Assembly: GCA_964458615.1 (NCBI GenBank)
Contig: CAYWJR010000003.1
Location: 2,262 to 66,261, forward strand
Origin: an uncultured Alphaproteobacteria bacterium
GTDB lineage: Bacteria; Pseudomonadota; Alphaproteobacteria; SHNJ01
Length of the DNA: 64,000 nt
Direction: 5' to 3'
In this document: piece after piece, positions 38,426 through 47,646 of the stretch
Numbering within the stretch: position 1 is the stretch's first letter
How the letters are laid out: each line of letters begins with the position of its first letter
Notes under the pieces: generated by a model
Database searches by the model: none
Told to the model about the DNA's origin: nothing
The model's input: the letters and a program-made list of their open reading frames with translations, nothing else
Translations under genes and position numbers: made by a program

Positions 38426-39391
38426 CTAGCCTATGTGGGATAATTTTTCATCCAGTATCTGCAAATCGTCCGGCAGATCCGATTGAAAATCCAGCCATTT
38501 CAGGCTGATGGGATGGGTGAAAGCCAAGCTTTTGGCGTGCAAAGCCTGTCGTGGAAATTGATATAGGTAATCTTGTAGGTCCATTTCAAGCCCTCGGATT
38601 TTTCGCGGTTTGCCGTATGTTTGATCGCCGATCAAGGGATGGCCAGCGTGGGTCATATGCGCGCGGATTTGGTGGGTGCGTCCGGTTTCCAGGCGGCATT
38701 CGATCAAGCTTGCGATGTGTCCGAAACTTTTTATGACGTGGTAATGGGTGGTGGCGCGTTTGCCGCCCGACCGCATGACGGCCATTTTTTTCCGGTTTTG
38801 CTGGCTGCGTCCGATATTGCCGTGAATGGTGGATTTGGACGGATTCGGCATGCCCCAAACAAACGCGTGGTAACGCCGTTCGATTGTATGGTCGGCGAAT
38901 TGTTTGGATAGGTGGTGATGCGCTGTGTCGTGCTTGGCGATGACCAAAACGCCGCTTGTGTCTTTGTCGATGCGGTGGACAATGCCGGGGCGCTTTTCGC
39001 CGCCGATGCCGGACAATGAATCGCCGCAATGCGCCAAAAGCGCGTTGACCAATGTGCGGTCGGCATTTCCGGCGGCGGGATGAATCACCAATCCCGGCGG
39101 TTTGTTTAAAACCAAAATATCGTTGTCTTCGTATATGATGTTCAACGGGATGTTTTGCGCGGCAATGGATACCGGCGCAGCGGCCGGTATTGTCAAATCG
39201 AATGTCTGTCCCGATTTTATTTTAAAAGAATTTTCGGCAATCGGTTTTGACGCCGATGCAACATGCCCCGTGCCAATTAAATCCTGGATTCTGGCGCGCG
39301 ACAAATCCGGCGCGCAATGCGCCAAAAATTTATCCAGCCGCCAGCCGGCAACCGAATCATCGGCGGTAAAAGAAAGTTTTTTTTGAGACAT
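38426..39391 (-). CDS. rluD: 23S rRNA pseudouridine synthase RluD
   Basis: S4 domain plus the RluA-family catalytic motif (HRIDKDTSGVLV). ATG 39391 chosen; the track starts at GTG 39409. Confidence 0.85.
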   Translation of the reverse strand: MSQKKLSFTADDSVAGWRLDKFLAHCAPDLSRARIQDLIGTGHVASASKPIAENSFKIKSGQTFDLTIPAAAPVSIAAQNIPLNIIYEDNDILVLNKPPGLVIHPAAGNADRTLVNALLAHCGDSLSGIGGEKRPGIVHRIDKDTSGVLVIAKHDTAHHHLSKQFADHTIERRYHAFVWGMPNPSKSTIHGNIGRSQQNRKKMAVMRSGGKRATTHYHVIKSFGHIASLIECRLETGRTHQIRAHMTHAGHPLIGDQTYGKPRKIRGLEMDLQDYLYQFPRQALHAKSLAFTHPISLKWLDFQSDLPDDLQILDEKLSHIG

Positions 39392-39552
39392 TTTTTGTTT
39401 TGCAATCACGGCGCGGCGTTAAATGCGGCGCCCGTTAAAATCCAAAGCCCGTAAACCAGCAAACAGCTGAGAATCATAAAACTGATCCAACGTAATAATT
39501 TCATGCGGTCATTTTACCGGACTTGGCCATAATATGCCAAGCCAGAAAAGGC

Positions 39553-39580
39553 AAAAAAAGGCCGACCCGTAGGCCGACCT
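39553..39580 (-). terminator. minus-strand hairpin terminator (GGUCGGCC uacg GGUCGGCC followed by U7)
   Basis: The near-palindromic octamer pairs with itself using 2 G·U pairs and is followed by a run of 7 U on the minus strand. Confidence 0.4.
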
Positions 39581-39679
39581 TTTCAAGAGCACACCCCAAA
39601 AAAACCTTATTTCTTAGCCCGTCACCCCAACATCCCCCGCCAAAGCGCGGAATCCGGGCAATGGGCGCCTATCGAAACT

Positions 39680-39892
39680 TTATGGAATATTTTCCTTGCA
39701 ATCCCAACCCACATCGCCGACCGGTTCACAGTCCAATGTTTGGTTTTCATTGCTACCGCCGCTTCCGCCGTCTTCTCCGCCTTCGTCGCCGTCAAAGGCC
39801 ATTTGCATAGGCAGACGCCAATCCGCCTGAACGGGTGCCGAAAACGCGGTAAATGATAAAATAACCGCTAATATCAATAGCTTGGAATGCAT
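39680..39892 (-). CDS. small secreted acidic protein (70 aa) with signal peptide and two Cys
   Basis: AAGGGG Shine-Dalgarno 7 nt upstream of ATG. Signal peptide MHSKLLILAVILSFTAFSAPVQA. The mature part is rich in Asp/Glu/Gly. Confidence 0.4.
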   Translation of the reverse strand: MHSKLLILAVILSFTAFSAPVQADWRLPMQMAFDGDEGGEDGGSGGSNENQTLDCEPVGDVGWDCKENIP

Positions 39893-40029
39893 AATTCGCC
39901 CCTTGGGTTACGCTTTAATATTGCCTAAAACTGTCCGATACAAAACCATTATGACAAACAAAACCTAAATAACGGTTGAGAATGGTTAAAATTTTATTCG
40001 TTTTCTTGTGGGGGGGCAGGATGGGTGAT

Positions 40030-40758
40030 TTAACTGGCGGCCATGACATGGGATACAAATTCCCGCAAACGCGGTGTTTTTGGATTTTCCAGGATGCTGG
40101 CGTTGCCGTGTTCGATCACGCGGCCTTGATCCAGGCACAATATTTGATTGGCGGCGCGTTTGGCAAAATTCAAATGGTGGGTAATTAAAATTATGCCGCA
40201 ACCCCGGTCGCGCACCATCAATAGAAATTCTAAAATTTTTGCCGTTTGTTCGACATCCAATGCGGATGTAATTTCGTCCAGCAATAAATATTTTGGCTGC
40301 AACACAATCGCCCGCGCCAACGCCAGCCGTTGTTTTTGCCCGCCCGAAGATTGGCTTGGGTAACGGTCGATGAATTCTTCCATCGCGAAATAATCGATGA
40401 TTTCCTCAATCAACGATTCCCGTTCCGGCGTCATGCAATCTTCGACCGGAAGCAGCAAGTTTTGCCGCAACGTCAAATGCGGCCATAAAAACAATTGTTG
40501 GAACACAACGGTCATTTCCGGCCACGGTTCCGGCGCCGGCGCATCGGGTTTTTGCGGGAAATGGAAATTTTTTCCGTCGATCGATATGGATCCCGAATCG
40601 GGCGATTCAATCATCGATAACGACCGCAATAATGTGGTTTTTCCGCCGCCGCTGGGCCCGATGATGGCGGTAATCGTGCCGGGATTCACGGTCAATTCGA
40701 CATCCCGTACAATCGGGCGGCCTTGCAGGGATTTGGAAATATTTTTTGCGATAAACAT
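40030..40758 (-). CDS. amino-acid ABC transporter ATP-binding protein
   Basis: Walker A GPSGGGKTT, LSGGQKQR signature and Walker B LLLDE. 1-nt stop/start overlap with the permease. Confidence 0.85.
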   Translation of the reverse strand: MFIAKNISKSLQGRPIVRDVELTVNPGTITAIIGPSGGGKTTLLRSLSMIESPDSGSISIDGKNFHFPQKPDAPAPEPWPEMTVVFQQLFLWPHLTLRQNLLLPVEDCMTPERESLIEEIIDYFAMEEFIDRYPSQSSGGQKQRLALARAIVLQPKYLLLDEITSALDVEQTAKILEFLLMVRDRGCGIILITHHLNFAKRAANQILCLDQGRVIEHGNASILENPKTPRLREFVSHVMAAS

Positions 40759-41429
40759 CAACGATCCGATAAATTGCGCGTGTATTTGTTTTTAATCCAT
40801 ATGGCGACGCCGTTGATCGGCAAACAAACCGCCAGGAAAAACAATCCCAATGCGGTGTAAATTTCAACGGGTTTGTATATTTGCGCGTTAATGCGCTGCG
40901 CGACGCGGAAAATTTCTTCGACCGAAATCAGGCTTGCGAATAATGTGACATGCAACATGGTCACTTGTAAAATCAGCAATCCGGGCAAAATATGCCGCAA
41001 CAATATCGGCAATTGGATTTTGAATATGGTTTTCTTGCGCGATAATCCGCACACGCGCGCGGCCGATAAATACTGTTCGGGGAAATCTTCTAATGCGAAC
41101 CGAACCAAATCCGACACGCCGAAAATATTGATAATTGTGAATGTGAACGCGGCGGTATAAAATGGATCGATTACGACCTGGAACATCGCCTGTACCGGAT
41201 AATGCAGCCAGAATAAAAATACCAGAATTGGAATTCCCGCCAACACAAAAGAAATCATCCGGGAAACTTTGCCGATAGAATAAGGATGCTGCCACCCCAA
41301 AAACCCAAGCGCGGAACCCAATATGATTCCCAAGGACCATATGATTCCGCATAATTGCAATGTCACCACAAGCCCGGATAAAAAACCGGTATGATATTGA
41401 ATTAAAATGTCGAAAACGGTTGAAATCAT
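40758..41429 (-). CDS. amino-acid ABC transporter permease (His/Gln/Arg/opine family)
   Basis: EAA-like loop (AARVCGLSRKKTIFKIQLP). 5-6 TM segments. Confidence 0.85.
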   Translation of the reverse strand: MISTVFDILIQYHTGFLSGLVVTLQLCGIIWSLGIILGSALGFLGWQHPYSIGKVSRMISFVLAGIPILVFLFWLHYPVQAMFQVVIDPFYTAAFTFTIINIFGVSDLVRFALEDFPEQYLSAARVCGLSRKKTIFKIQLPILLRHILPGLLILQVTMLHVTLFASLISVEEIFRVAQRINAQIYKPVEIYTALGLFFLAVCLPINGVAIWIKNKYTRNLSDR

Positions 41430-41487
41430 GAATTTATGATATTGTTTTTGCGGATCGCTGTATAGTTATTTTTGCATCCGCCAAATA

Positions 41488-42357
41488 TTATTCCCGGTAC
41501 GGCTTCGCCAGCCGGTAAAAGCTGCCGGGGTATTTTTCATGCTTGTTCAATATATCGCTCATTTCGCCGTTATTGATTATATCGGTCAACGCGGCGTCGA
41601 TCATCGATTTAAACGCCGTATCGCCCTGAGGCAGCGCGATTACATTTGGAAACACCGCAACCGGTTTGTCATCGGCGCATAATTTTTTGTCCGTATTTTT
41701 GGCGTTCCAATCGAAAATTTGAAACGGTTCGACAAATGCCATGTCCGCCTTTGCGGTTGCGACATTCATCAACAATTGCGTTACATCGGCGGAATTCGGC
41801 AATGTCAATGACTGTGCCTTTGGAAACCGCGCCGCAGCCAGGCGCGATGCCACCGAACCGTCGACCATCGCGATTTTAAATGCCGGATCGTTCCAATCGG
41901 CTTGATTTTTTTGTTTTTCGCATTGTTGCGCGCCCACCATGCCGCTGTAATAAAACGGCACTGAAAATCCGACGAATTTGCCTTCGTTCGGATTCATCCA
42001 ATAAGTAATACATACGGCGTCATACCGTCCGGTTTGCAATCCTTGGACATTTGTCGCGAAACTGACTTCTTCGGTCCAATCGATTTTTAATCCCAGCCGT
42101 TCACCGATTTTTTGCATGATGTCGACGGCGATGCCCGAAAATTCACCGGTATTGGGATCTTTGATAACCGCGGGCGGGAACAATATATACCCGCAACGCA
42201 ATGTGCGGGTTTTCATTACCTTGGCATAAACCGATTCTGGCGCATTGGCGCCTGGCGGCGATTTAATTTCCCGCACCAAATGCGTTAACGCGATAATAAC
42301 CACCCATAACGCGACTGCGCCAAGGACGATACGGTGTATCAGGGGATGTTTTTGCAT
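41488..42357 (-). CDS. amino-acid ABC transporter substrate-binding protein (family 3)
   Basis: N-terminal anchor or signal followed by a periplasmic-binding-protein family 3 pattern. Confidence 0.8.
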   Translation of the reverse strand: MQKHPLIHRIVLGAVALWVVIIALTHLVREIKSPPGANAPESVYAKVMKTRTLRCGYILFPPAVIKDPNTGEFSGIAVDIMQKIGERLGLKIDWTEEVSFATNVQGLQTGRYDAVCITYWMNPNEGKFVGFSVPFYYSGMVGAQQCEKQKNQADWNDPAFKIAMVDGSVASRLAAARFPKAQSLTLPNSADVTQLLMNVATAKADMAFVEPFQIFDWNAKNTDKKLCADDKPVAVFPNVIALPQGDTAFKSMIDAALTDIINNGEMSDILNKHEKYPGSFYRLAKPYRE

Positions 42358-42423
42358 GGGGCTAGTTTTAATCTTTTGACAGTATGGATATGATATACTA
42401 ATCGGTATGGCGGAAATGACAAA

Positions 42424-43365
42424 ATGCTGATGCGTATCGTTTTATTCTTTATCCTGTGTGCTTTGCCGATGTGGCCGTTTGATTCGGCGTATTCGGCTCA
42501 ATTGGACATGAAGGCCGCGAAATCGGGCAATATGACCCAATTTTCCTATAAGTTCGAAGATTTTTCCGGGCGTCCCGTTTCATTGTCGTTCATGTTGAAT
42601 ACCCGCCAATTGAACGCAGGCGCCGGGCAATTTCAGGCATTCGATCAAGTGCAAATGGAAAATTACACGATGGAGTATTTGCATTACTATGCGGCGCAAA
42701 CGCCGGGGGTGCAAGTATCGGTCGATAAAATCGGCGATACGATCAGTTTTCACGTTATGGGGCCAAGCGACGAAGTCGTTCAACAAACCCTGGCGCAAAT
42801 GAAGCGCCGCAACGAAGAAGCGCAAGACCGGTATTTACAATCCAAATATTTTATCAAGGATACGACCGGAAAATACATTATGCCGGATCACATCCGCATC
42901 GCCGAGAATTATATCGCATCCATGCGCCCGGTGGCCAAGGCGATCGCCGCGCAATCCGCCGACAAAAGCCAGCGCGGCGTATTGAACGCCAGTTTGAATT
43001 TTTTACAATCCATACCCTATGACACATTGCAAAACCGGGCGACGTCGAACGGATCCGGATTCACGACGCCTTATGGCATGTTATTGATGAATCGCGGCGA
43101 TTGCGACACAAAAAGCGTGGCGTTGATCGCGATGATGCGGTCGTTATATCCCAACATGCCGATTGCCATGATTTATACCAATAATCATGCTTTTGTCGGA
43201 TTTCAGGTGCAGGCATTGTCGGGCGACAGGATATTGACAGTCGAACGCAAGGTGTTCGTTTTAACCGAACCCGCGGGGCCAGGGCAATTCCCGGTCGGGC
43301 GTATCGGCCATGTATCCAGCGCCGATCTAGACCGCGATTATTTTTCATATGTGATGATGCCGTAA
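42424..43365 (+). CDS. secreted protein with a transglutaminase-like cysteine-peptidase (Cys-His-Asp/Glu) motif arrangement
   Basis: Signal peptide. C-terminal region ...RGDCDTKSVALIAMMR...NNHAFVGF...VLTEP resembles a TGc papain-like catalytic triad. Confidence 0.55.
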   Translation: MLMRIVLFFILCALPMWPFDSAYSAQLDMKAAKSGNMTQFSYKFEDFSGRPVSLSFMLNTRQLNAGAGQFQAFDQVQMENYTMEYLHYYAAQTPGVQVSVDKIGDTISFHVMGPSDEVVQQTLAQMKRRNEEAQDRYLQSKYFIKDTTGKYIMPDHIRIAENYIASMRPVAKAIAAQSADKSQRGVLNASLNFLQSIPYDTLQNRATSNGSGFTTPYGMLLMNRGDCDTKSVALIAMMRSLYPNMPIAMIYTNNHAFVGFQVQALSGDRILTVERKVFVLTEPAGPGQFPVGRIGHVSSADLDRDYFSYVMMP

Positions 43366-43386
43366 TTCGAATGCCGGATCGCAAAT

Positions 43387-43420
43387 AAAAAACCCGGCAT
43401 TTTTCAATGCCGGGTTTTTC
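43387..43420. terminator. bidirectional hairpin terminator between convergent genes
   Basis: aaaaAACCCGGCATttttcaATGCCGGGTTttttc. Confidence 0.6.
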
Positions 43421-43433
43421 AAATATTTTACGA

Positions 43434-44063
43434 TTAAATGATTTCGATGGATTCGGCTTCTTGGCCTTTGCCGCCGCTGACGACGCGCATGCGAACGGCC
43501 TGGCCTTCGTCCAGGTTTTGCAATCCCGAACGGCGCAAGGTGGACATGTGAACGAACACATCGCGGCTGCCGTCATCTGGCATCACGAACCCGAATCCTT
43601 TGTTGCTGTTGTACCATTTTACGGTGCCGTTTACTTCGTGGGCAGGTCCGGTCGGGGCGCGGCGCTCGCCGTGTCCGGAATTCCGATCGCCAAAACCGCC
43701 ACGGTCGCCATATTTGCTGCGTCCGCCGCCGCCACCGCCGCCGCCAAAATTGTTGCGGCGGAAACCGCCACCGCCGCCGCCAAAATCACGATCGCCGCGC
43801 GGGCGTTCTTGGGCTGTGCTGGTATCGACGGAAATAATTTGTTTTACTTCTTGGCCTTTTTGGCCGGTGCCGACAATGCATGTAATCGTGGTGCCGTCCG
43901 GCAATTCATCATGCCCGGAATTGGTAACAGCCGACATATGAATGAACACATCCCGATCCTGGCCGGGGATGTTGGCGAAACCAAAACCTTTTCTAGAGGA
44001 AAACCATTTGACAGTTAATGTAACAGGAGAACCGTTAGAATCCGAAGCGCCAAAATTATTCAT
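43434..44063 (-). CDS. cold-shock protein with two CSD domains joined by a Gly/Arg-rich linker
   Basis: Two copies of the G(T)VKW(F/Y)N..KGFGF motif, separated by FGGGGGGFRRNNFGGGGGGGGR. ATG 44063; the track uses GTG 44072. Confidence 0.85.
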   Translation of the reverse strand: MNNFGASDSNGSPVTLTVKWFSSRKGFGFANIPGQDRDVFIHMSAVTNSGHDELPDGTTITCIVGTGQKGQEVKQIISVDTSTAQERPRGDRDFGGGGGGFRRNNFGGGGGGGGRSKYGDRGGFGDRNSGHGERRAPTGPAHEVNGTVKWYNSNKGFGFVMPDDGSRDVFVHMSTLRRSGLQNLDEGQAVRMRVVSGGKGQEAESIEII

Positions 44064-44318
44064 ATCAATCACACTCTTAATATATATTAAAAATCAAAGA
44101 CCAGTGGTTCCATAATAAAACAAAAAGCGGATTTAGCAACTATTTTGTATGGCGGGTTTCATGGTCTTTAGCCACTATATCGGCATAGGGTAAATTTTAC
44201 TTTAACAAAAACAAAAATCAATCCGTTTGACGCAAAATTTTCTTTGCGGATTTTTTATATTGCTATGCAAAATGCCTTATAATACTGTGTTTATTCAATT
44301 TCATGGCAAAGGGTTGAT

Positions 44319-45101
44319 ATGCTGCAAAACAAAAAAGTTCTGGTCACCGGGTCGGCGCGCGGCATTGGGCTTGCGATTGTAACCGAATTCGCGAAAAACG
44401 GCGCGTCGGTCGTTATTCATGGATTGTGCGAAGACCATTATTTGCAATCTGTTGCCACGGATATAACGGCAAAATATAAAAATAATGTTTTGATTTCAAA
44501 TGCCGATCTGGCCGATCCGGCCGGCATTACGGATTTGGCCGATATGGTGATGGGCCAATGGGGTGGCGTGGATGTATTGGTCAATAACGCAGGCATGCAA
44601 TATGTCAGCCCGATTGAAACATTTCCGCGCGATCAGTGGGATCGCGTTCTGGCGGTGAATTTATCGGCGGCTTTTTTACTGGCGCAGCGATTTATTCCCG
44701 CCATGAAAAAAACCGGGTGGGGGCGTATTATCAATATTGCGTCGGCGCATGGCATGGTCGCGTCGATTCACAAATCCGCTTATGTGGCAAGCAAACATGG
44801 GCTTTTGGGATTGACCAAGGTTATGGCGCTGGAATTGGCTAACGACAATATCACCAGCAACGCGATTTGCCCCGGGTGGGTGCAAACCGACATCGTCGAT
44901 AAACAAGTCGCGGCGCGTGCGAACGCCACAAATATTCCAATTCAACAAGCGGCAGTCGATTTAATATCGGAAAAAATGCCGTACCACCAATTCGTACAGG
45001 CCGCGGATATTGCGTCCCTGGCGGTTTTTTTATGCGGCGACGCCGCGCGCGCAATCACCGGCGCCAGTTTGCCAATTGATGGCGGGTGGACAGCGCAGTA
45101 A
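44319..45101 (+). CDS. bdhA: 3-hydroxybutyrate dehydrogenase (SDR)
   Basis: TGSARGIG, NAG and YxxxK (YVASKHG) motifs, with an overall pattern typical of BdhA. Confidence 0.8.
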   Translation: MLQNKKVLVTGSARGIGLAIVTEFAKNGASVVIHGLCEDHYLQSVATDITAKYKNNVLISNADLADPAGITDLADMVMGQWGGVDVLVNNAGMQYVSPIETFPRDQWDRVLAVNLSAAFLLAQRFIPAMKKTGWGRIINIASAHGMVASIHKSAYVASKHGLLGLTKVMALELANDNITSNAICPGWVQTDIVDKQVAARANATNIPIQQAAVDLISEKMPYHQFVQAADIASLAVFLCGDAARAITGASLPIDGGWTAQ

Positions 45102-45243
45102 TATAATACAATTAATGGTTGTATTATAATTTCTGTCATGCATTTGTCACAGCGGTGGGATAAGTATGCGGATTTTGTTTTTTCATTCCATAATCCGATA
45201 AGCAAGTTTCATTCAATTATAATTTAATTGTTATTTATCACTA

Positions 45244-45266
45244 TTAGTCAAAATTAAATTGACTAA
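45244..45266. promoter_or_regulatory. perfect palindrome TTAGTCAA-aattaaa-TTGACTAA in the AT-rich region upstream of an orphan gene (candidate operator)
   Basis: 8-bp inverted arms separated by 7 bp, read directly from the sequence. Confidence 0.3.
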
Positions 45267-45504
45267 AATAGATGTTTTTCGTATTAAAACTCCAATTACA
45301 AAAAATAACAGGACATACGAAGATGAACCAAACGAAACATAATTGCTGATCCGGTTTGATCGGCAGTTAACCAGAATCCGGCAAAATTCGGCGGCACGAT
45401 TTTAAAGTGGAATTGCATATTCTACCAATGGTTGTGTTTTGCCGTTTTGCCGGAACCACGGATTACACCACAATTATAACATCAACCATAACAGCGAGGG
45501 AATC

Positions 45505-46431
45505 ATGGCACTTACGGCATTAAAACAAAAATGGTCGGCCGCCACGCAAAGCGTGCGGTCGGCTTTTGATTCGGCCAAGTACGAAACCGATACAAAGCGA
45601 GACAATATCCACAAAATGATGGCTGCTTGGAATATCAAATCTTTTGGCGAGGCGGCAATCGATCTTGCCAGGCTTGCGGATGAAATGGGCACGCGGGCGC
45701 AACGCGAGGAAGGCGTTCCGGAACAAATGCGAATGCGTGTTTTTACGGCATTGTATCATTTGGCGTTACCGCAATTGCGATATGACATTGCCGGTTATTG
45801 GAATAAGCCCGGCGATGAATTGGAACAAGGGCCCGATGGCAAAATGAAAGAAAAAGATTGCAGCCGGTTTTTGGCAGGCGTACCCGTCGTGACGAGCGAG
45901 GGACGCCCGAGCCAGGCCAATTATGCGATCAAAACCAGTTGGCGGGACGACAGCGCGCCATTCCGCGAAGCGTTGTTTAAAATTGTCGATCCGCATACTC
46001 CGCCAACGCCGGGTAAAAAACACGCGATTTTCCATCAAATGTTCGATGCGGTCGCGTGGTATGACGGGTTTTGCGCCGTATCCGGCAATCCCGTAACGAC
46101 AGTCCGGTTGGCCAATATTTTATCCCAAGCGGCGGAATTCAGGGCGCGGGCGTATTTCGGCGCGCCGCCTTTGGAAAAAGACCTTGCTGCGCAATCGGGC
46201 GAAACGATACCTCAACGGTGGTCGCGCGCGGAACAATACGATCAATTTCAGCGTGTTTACGTTATTCGCAGCAATGTGCGGATGCCCGCGACGGTTGAAA
46301 TTTTATCGGTCGGCCAGGGTACGGCGGTCGATAAATTGATGCGAAAGGCTATGCGGGGCTGGGCAGAAGATCGCGCTGCCGCAAGATCCGTAGCCGGCGA
46401 GAAGACCAGGGAGAAAGTCCAAGCCAGATAA
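45505..46431 (+). CDS. hypothetical protein (309 aa), orphan
   Basis: Strong AGCGAGGGAATC Shine-Dalgarno before ATG 45505. Preceded by a 400-bp AT-rich non-coding stretch. No recognisable domain. Confidence 0.55.
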   Translation: MALTALKQKWSAATQSVRSAFDSAKYETDTKRDNIHKMMAAWNIKSFGEAAIDLARLADEMGTRAQREEGVPEQMRMRVFTALYHLALPQLRYDIAGYWNKPGDELEQGPDGKMKEKDCSRFLAGVPVVTSEGRPSQANYAIKTSWRDDSAPFREALFKIVDPHTPPTPGKKHAIFHQMFDAVAWYDGFCAVSGNPVTTVRLANILSQAAEFRARAYFGAPPLEKDLAAQSGETIPQRWSRAEQYDQFQRVYVIRSNVRMPATVEILSVGQGTAVDKLMRKAMRGWAEDRAAARSVAGEKTREKVQAR

Positions 46432-46477
46432 ATTCCGTCCGATCGGAAAATGGAATTTATATAAAATGGCGCAAAAA

Positions 46478-46512
46478 AATGGCCGGAACATTCATTCCGG
46501 CCATTGTTATTT
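46478..46512. terminator. bidirectional hairpin terminator
   Basis: aaaaaaATGGCCGGAAcattcaTTCCGGCCATTgttatttt. Confidence 0.55.
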
Positions 46513-46523
46513 TACCAAGAATT

Positions 46524-47093
46524 TTAGTTGGATTTCGCCTTGGATTTGGTTTTTGGTTTTTCCACGACATCCGCTGCAACATGCATTTCCAGAATTTTGT
46601 CTGGATCTTCCACTTTGCCGTTTCTGGAACGATCGCCTTTTTTCAAGGAATCGACATGTTCCATGCCTTCGGCAACGCGGCCCCAAACGGTGTACTGGCC
46701 GTCCAAATACGATGCCGGTGCAAAACAGATGAAAAATTGGCTATCCGCGCTGTTCGGATCGGCGGTGCGCGCCATCGAAACCGTGCCGCGCACGTGTTTT
46801 TCGCTGCTAAATTCGGCTGGCAATTTCGTGCCCGATCCGCCGGTTCCATCACCCTTTGGATCGCCTGTTTGCGCCATGAATCCATCGATGACGCGATGGA
46901 ACACCAAACCGTCATAATATTTTTGGCGAACCAATTCTTTGATCCGGGCGACATGTTTCGGCGCCAAATCCGGGCGCAATTCGATCACGACCCGGCCGGA
47001 TTTCAATTCCATATATAAAGTATTTTCTAAATCAGCAGCATTCACAGAAGTCACCATAATTAAAGTTAGAAAAAGAGTAAGAAGAAAACGCAT
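46524..47093 (-). CDS. ppiB: periplasmic cyclophilin-type peptidyl-prolyl cis-trans isomerase
   Basis: Signal peptide plus cyclophilin motifs (FHRVIDGFMAQTGDP...). Confidence 0.9.
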   Translation of the reverse strand: MRFLLTLFLTLIMVTSVNAADLENTLYMELKSGRVVIELRPDLAPKHVARIKELVRQKYYDGLVFHRVIDGFMAQTGDPKGDGTGGSGTKLPAEFSSEKHVRGTVSMARTADPNSADSQFFICFAPASYLDGQYTVWGRVAEGMEHVDSLKKGDRSRNGKVEDPDKILEMHVAADVVEKPKTKSKAKSN

Positions 47094-47116
47094 AGAATTC
47101 TCCGTTGCGGTTTAAA

Positions 47117-47545
47117 TTAAGAAGAAGGGGACGATTTTTTGCCAAAAGGCTTTTTGAACGCATCTGCGATCGCGCGCAAATTATTGCCGTGACCCGGGCT
47201 TTGCGCCGCTTTGTTAACCGGCTGCCCCGGCGCAGGTTTCAAACTGTTGGCGGACAACGGGTCTTGGCCGCCGATGGTTTTTTCCAGATGGCTGACCATG
47301 TTGGCGAATGCCGAACCGTCGATGCCTTGCGCAGATTCGTTCGCCGCGCCTTTGTTTTCCATACGATGCGCCACGCGTTGCACATGCGCCATGGTAATTG
47401 ATTCGCGGAAATTGGCGAACAGGCCGTCTTCCAATAACGGATCATCGGCGCACCGCGCCAGCAACATTTGACAGGCCTTGGTGCGGTTGCCGGTGGATTT
47501 GATCAAAGCTTCTTCGATACAGGCGTCGACGTAATTTTTGCTCAT
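47117..47545 (-). CDS. hypothetical protein (142 aa)
   Basis: ORF with a weak Shine-Dalgarno. It sits where ccmH might be expected downstream of ccmF, but it lacks a CXXC motif or signal peptide. Confidence 0.4.
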   Translation of the reverse strand: MSKNYVDACIEEALIKSTGNRTKACQMLLARCADDPLLEDGLFANFRESITMAHVQRVAHRMENKGAANESAQGIDGSAFANMVSHLEKTIGGQDPLSANSLKPAPGQPVNKAAQSPGHGNNLRAIADAFKKPFGKKSSPSS

Positions 47546-47646
47546 GATTTTTTACTCGGTTGGGAACAAACTGGATGCGCTCGAAAAAGTCTAGCATGAA
47601 AGGGGCAAAAGAAAAATTAAAAATAGCCCCCGCCACGATAAAGCCA

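Noticed and set aside
39560-39579. GGCCGACC…GGCCGACC direct repeat as a plus-strand terminator
   Set aside because: On the plus strand the two copies are direct, leaving two mismatches in any stem. Only the minus-strand transcript (GGUCGGCC with G·U pairs) folds well, so it is called a minus-strand terminator with modest confidence.
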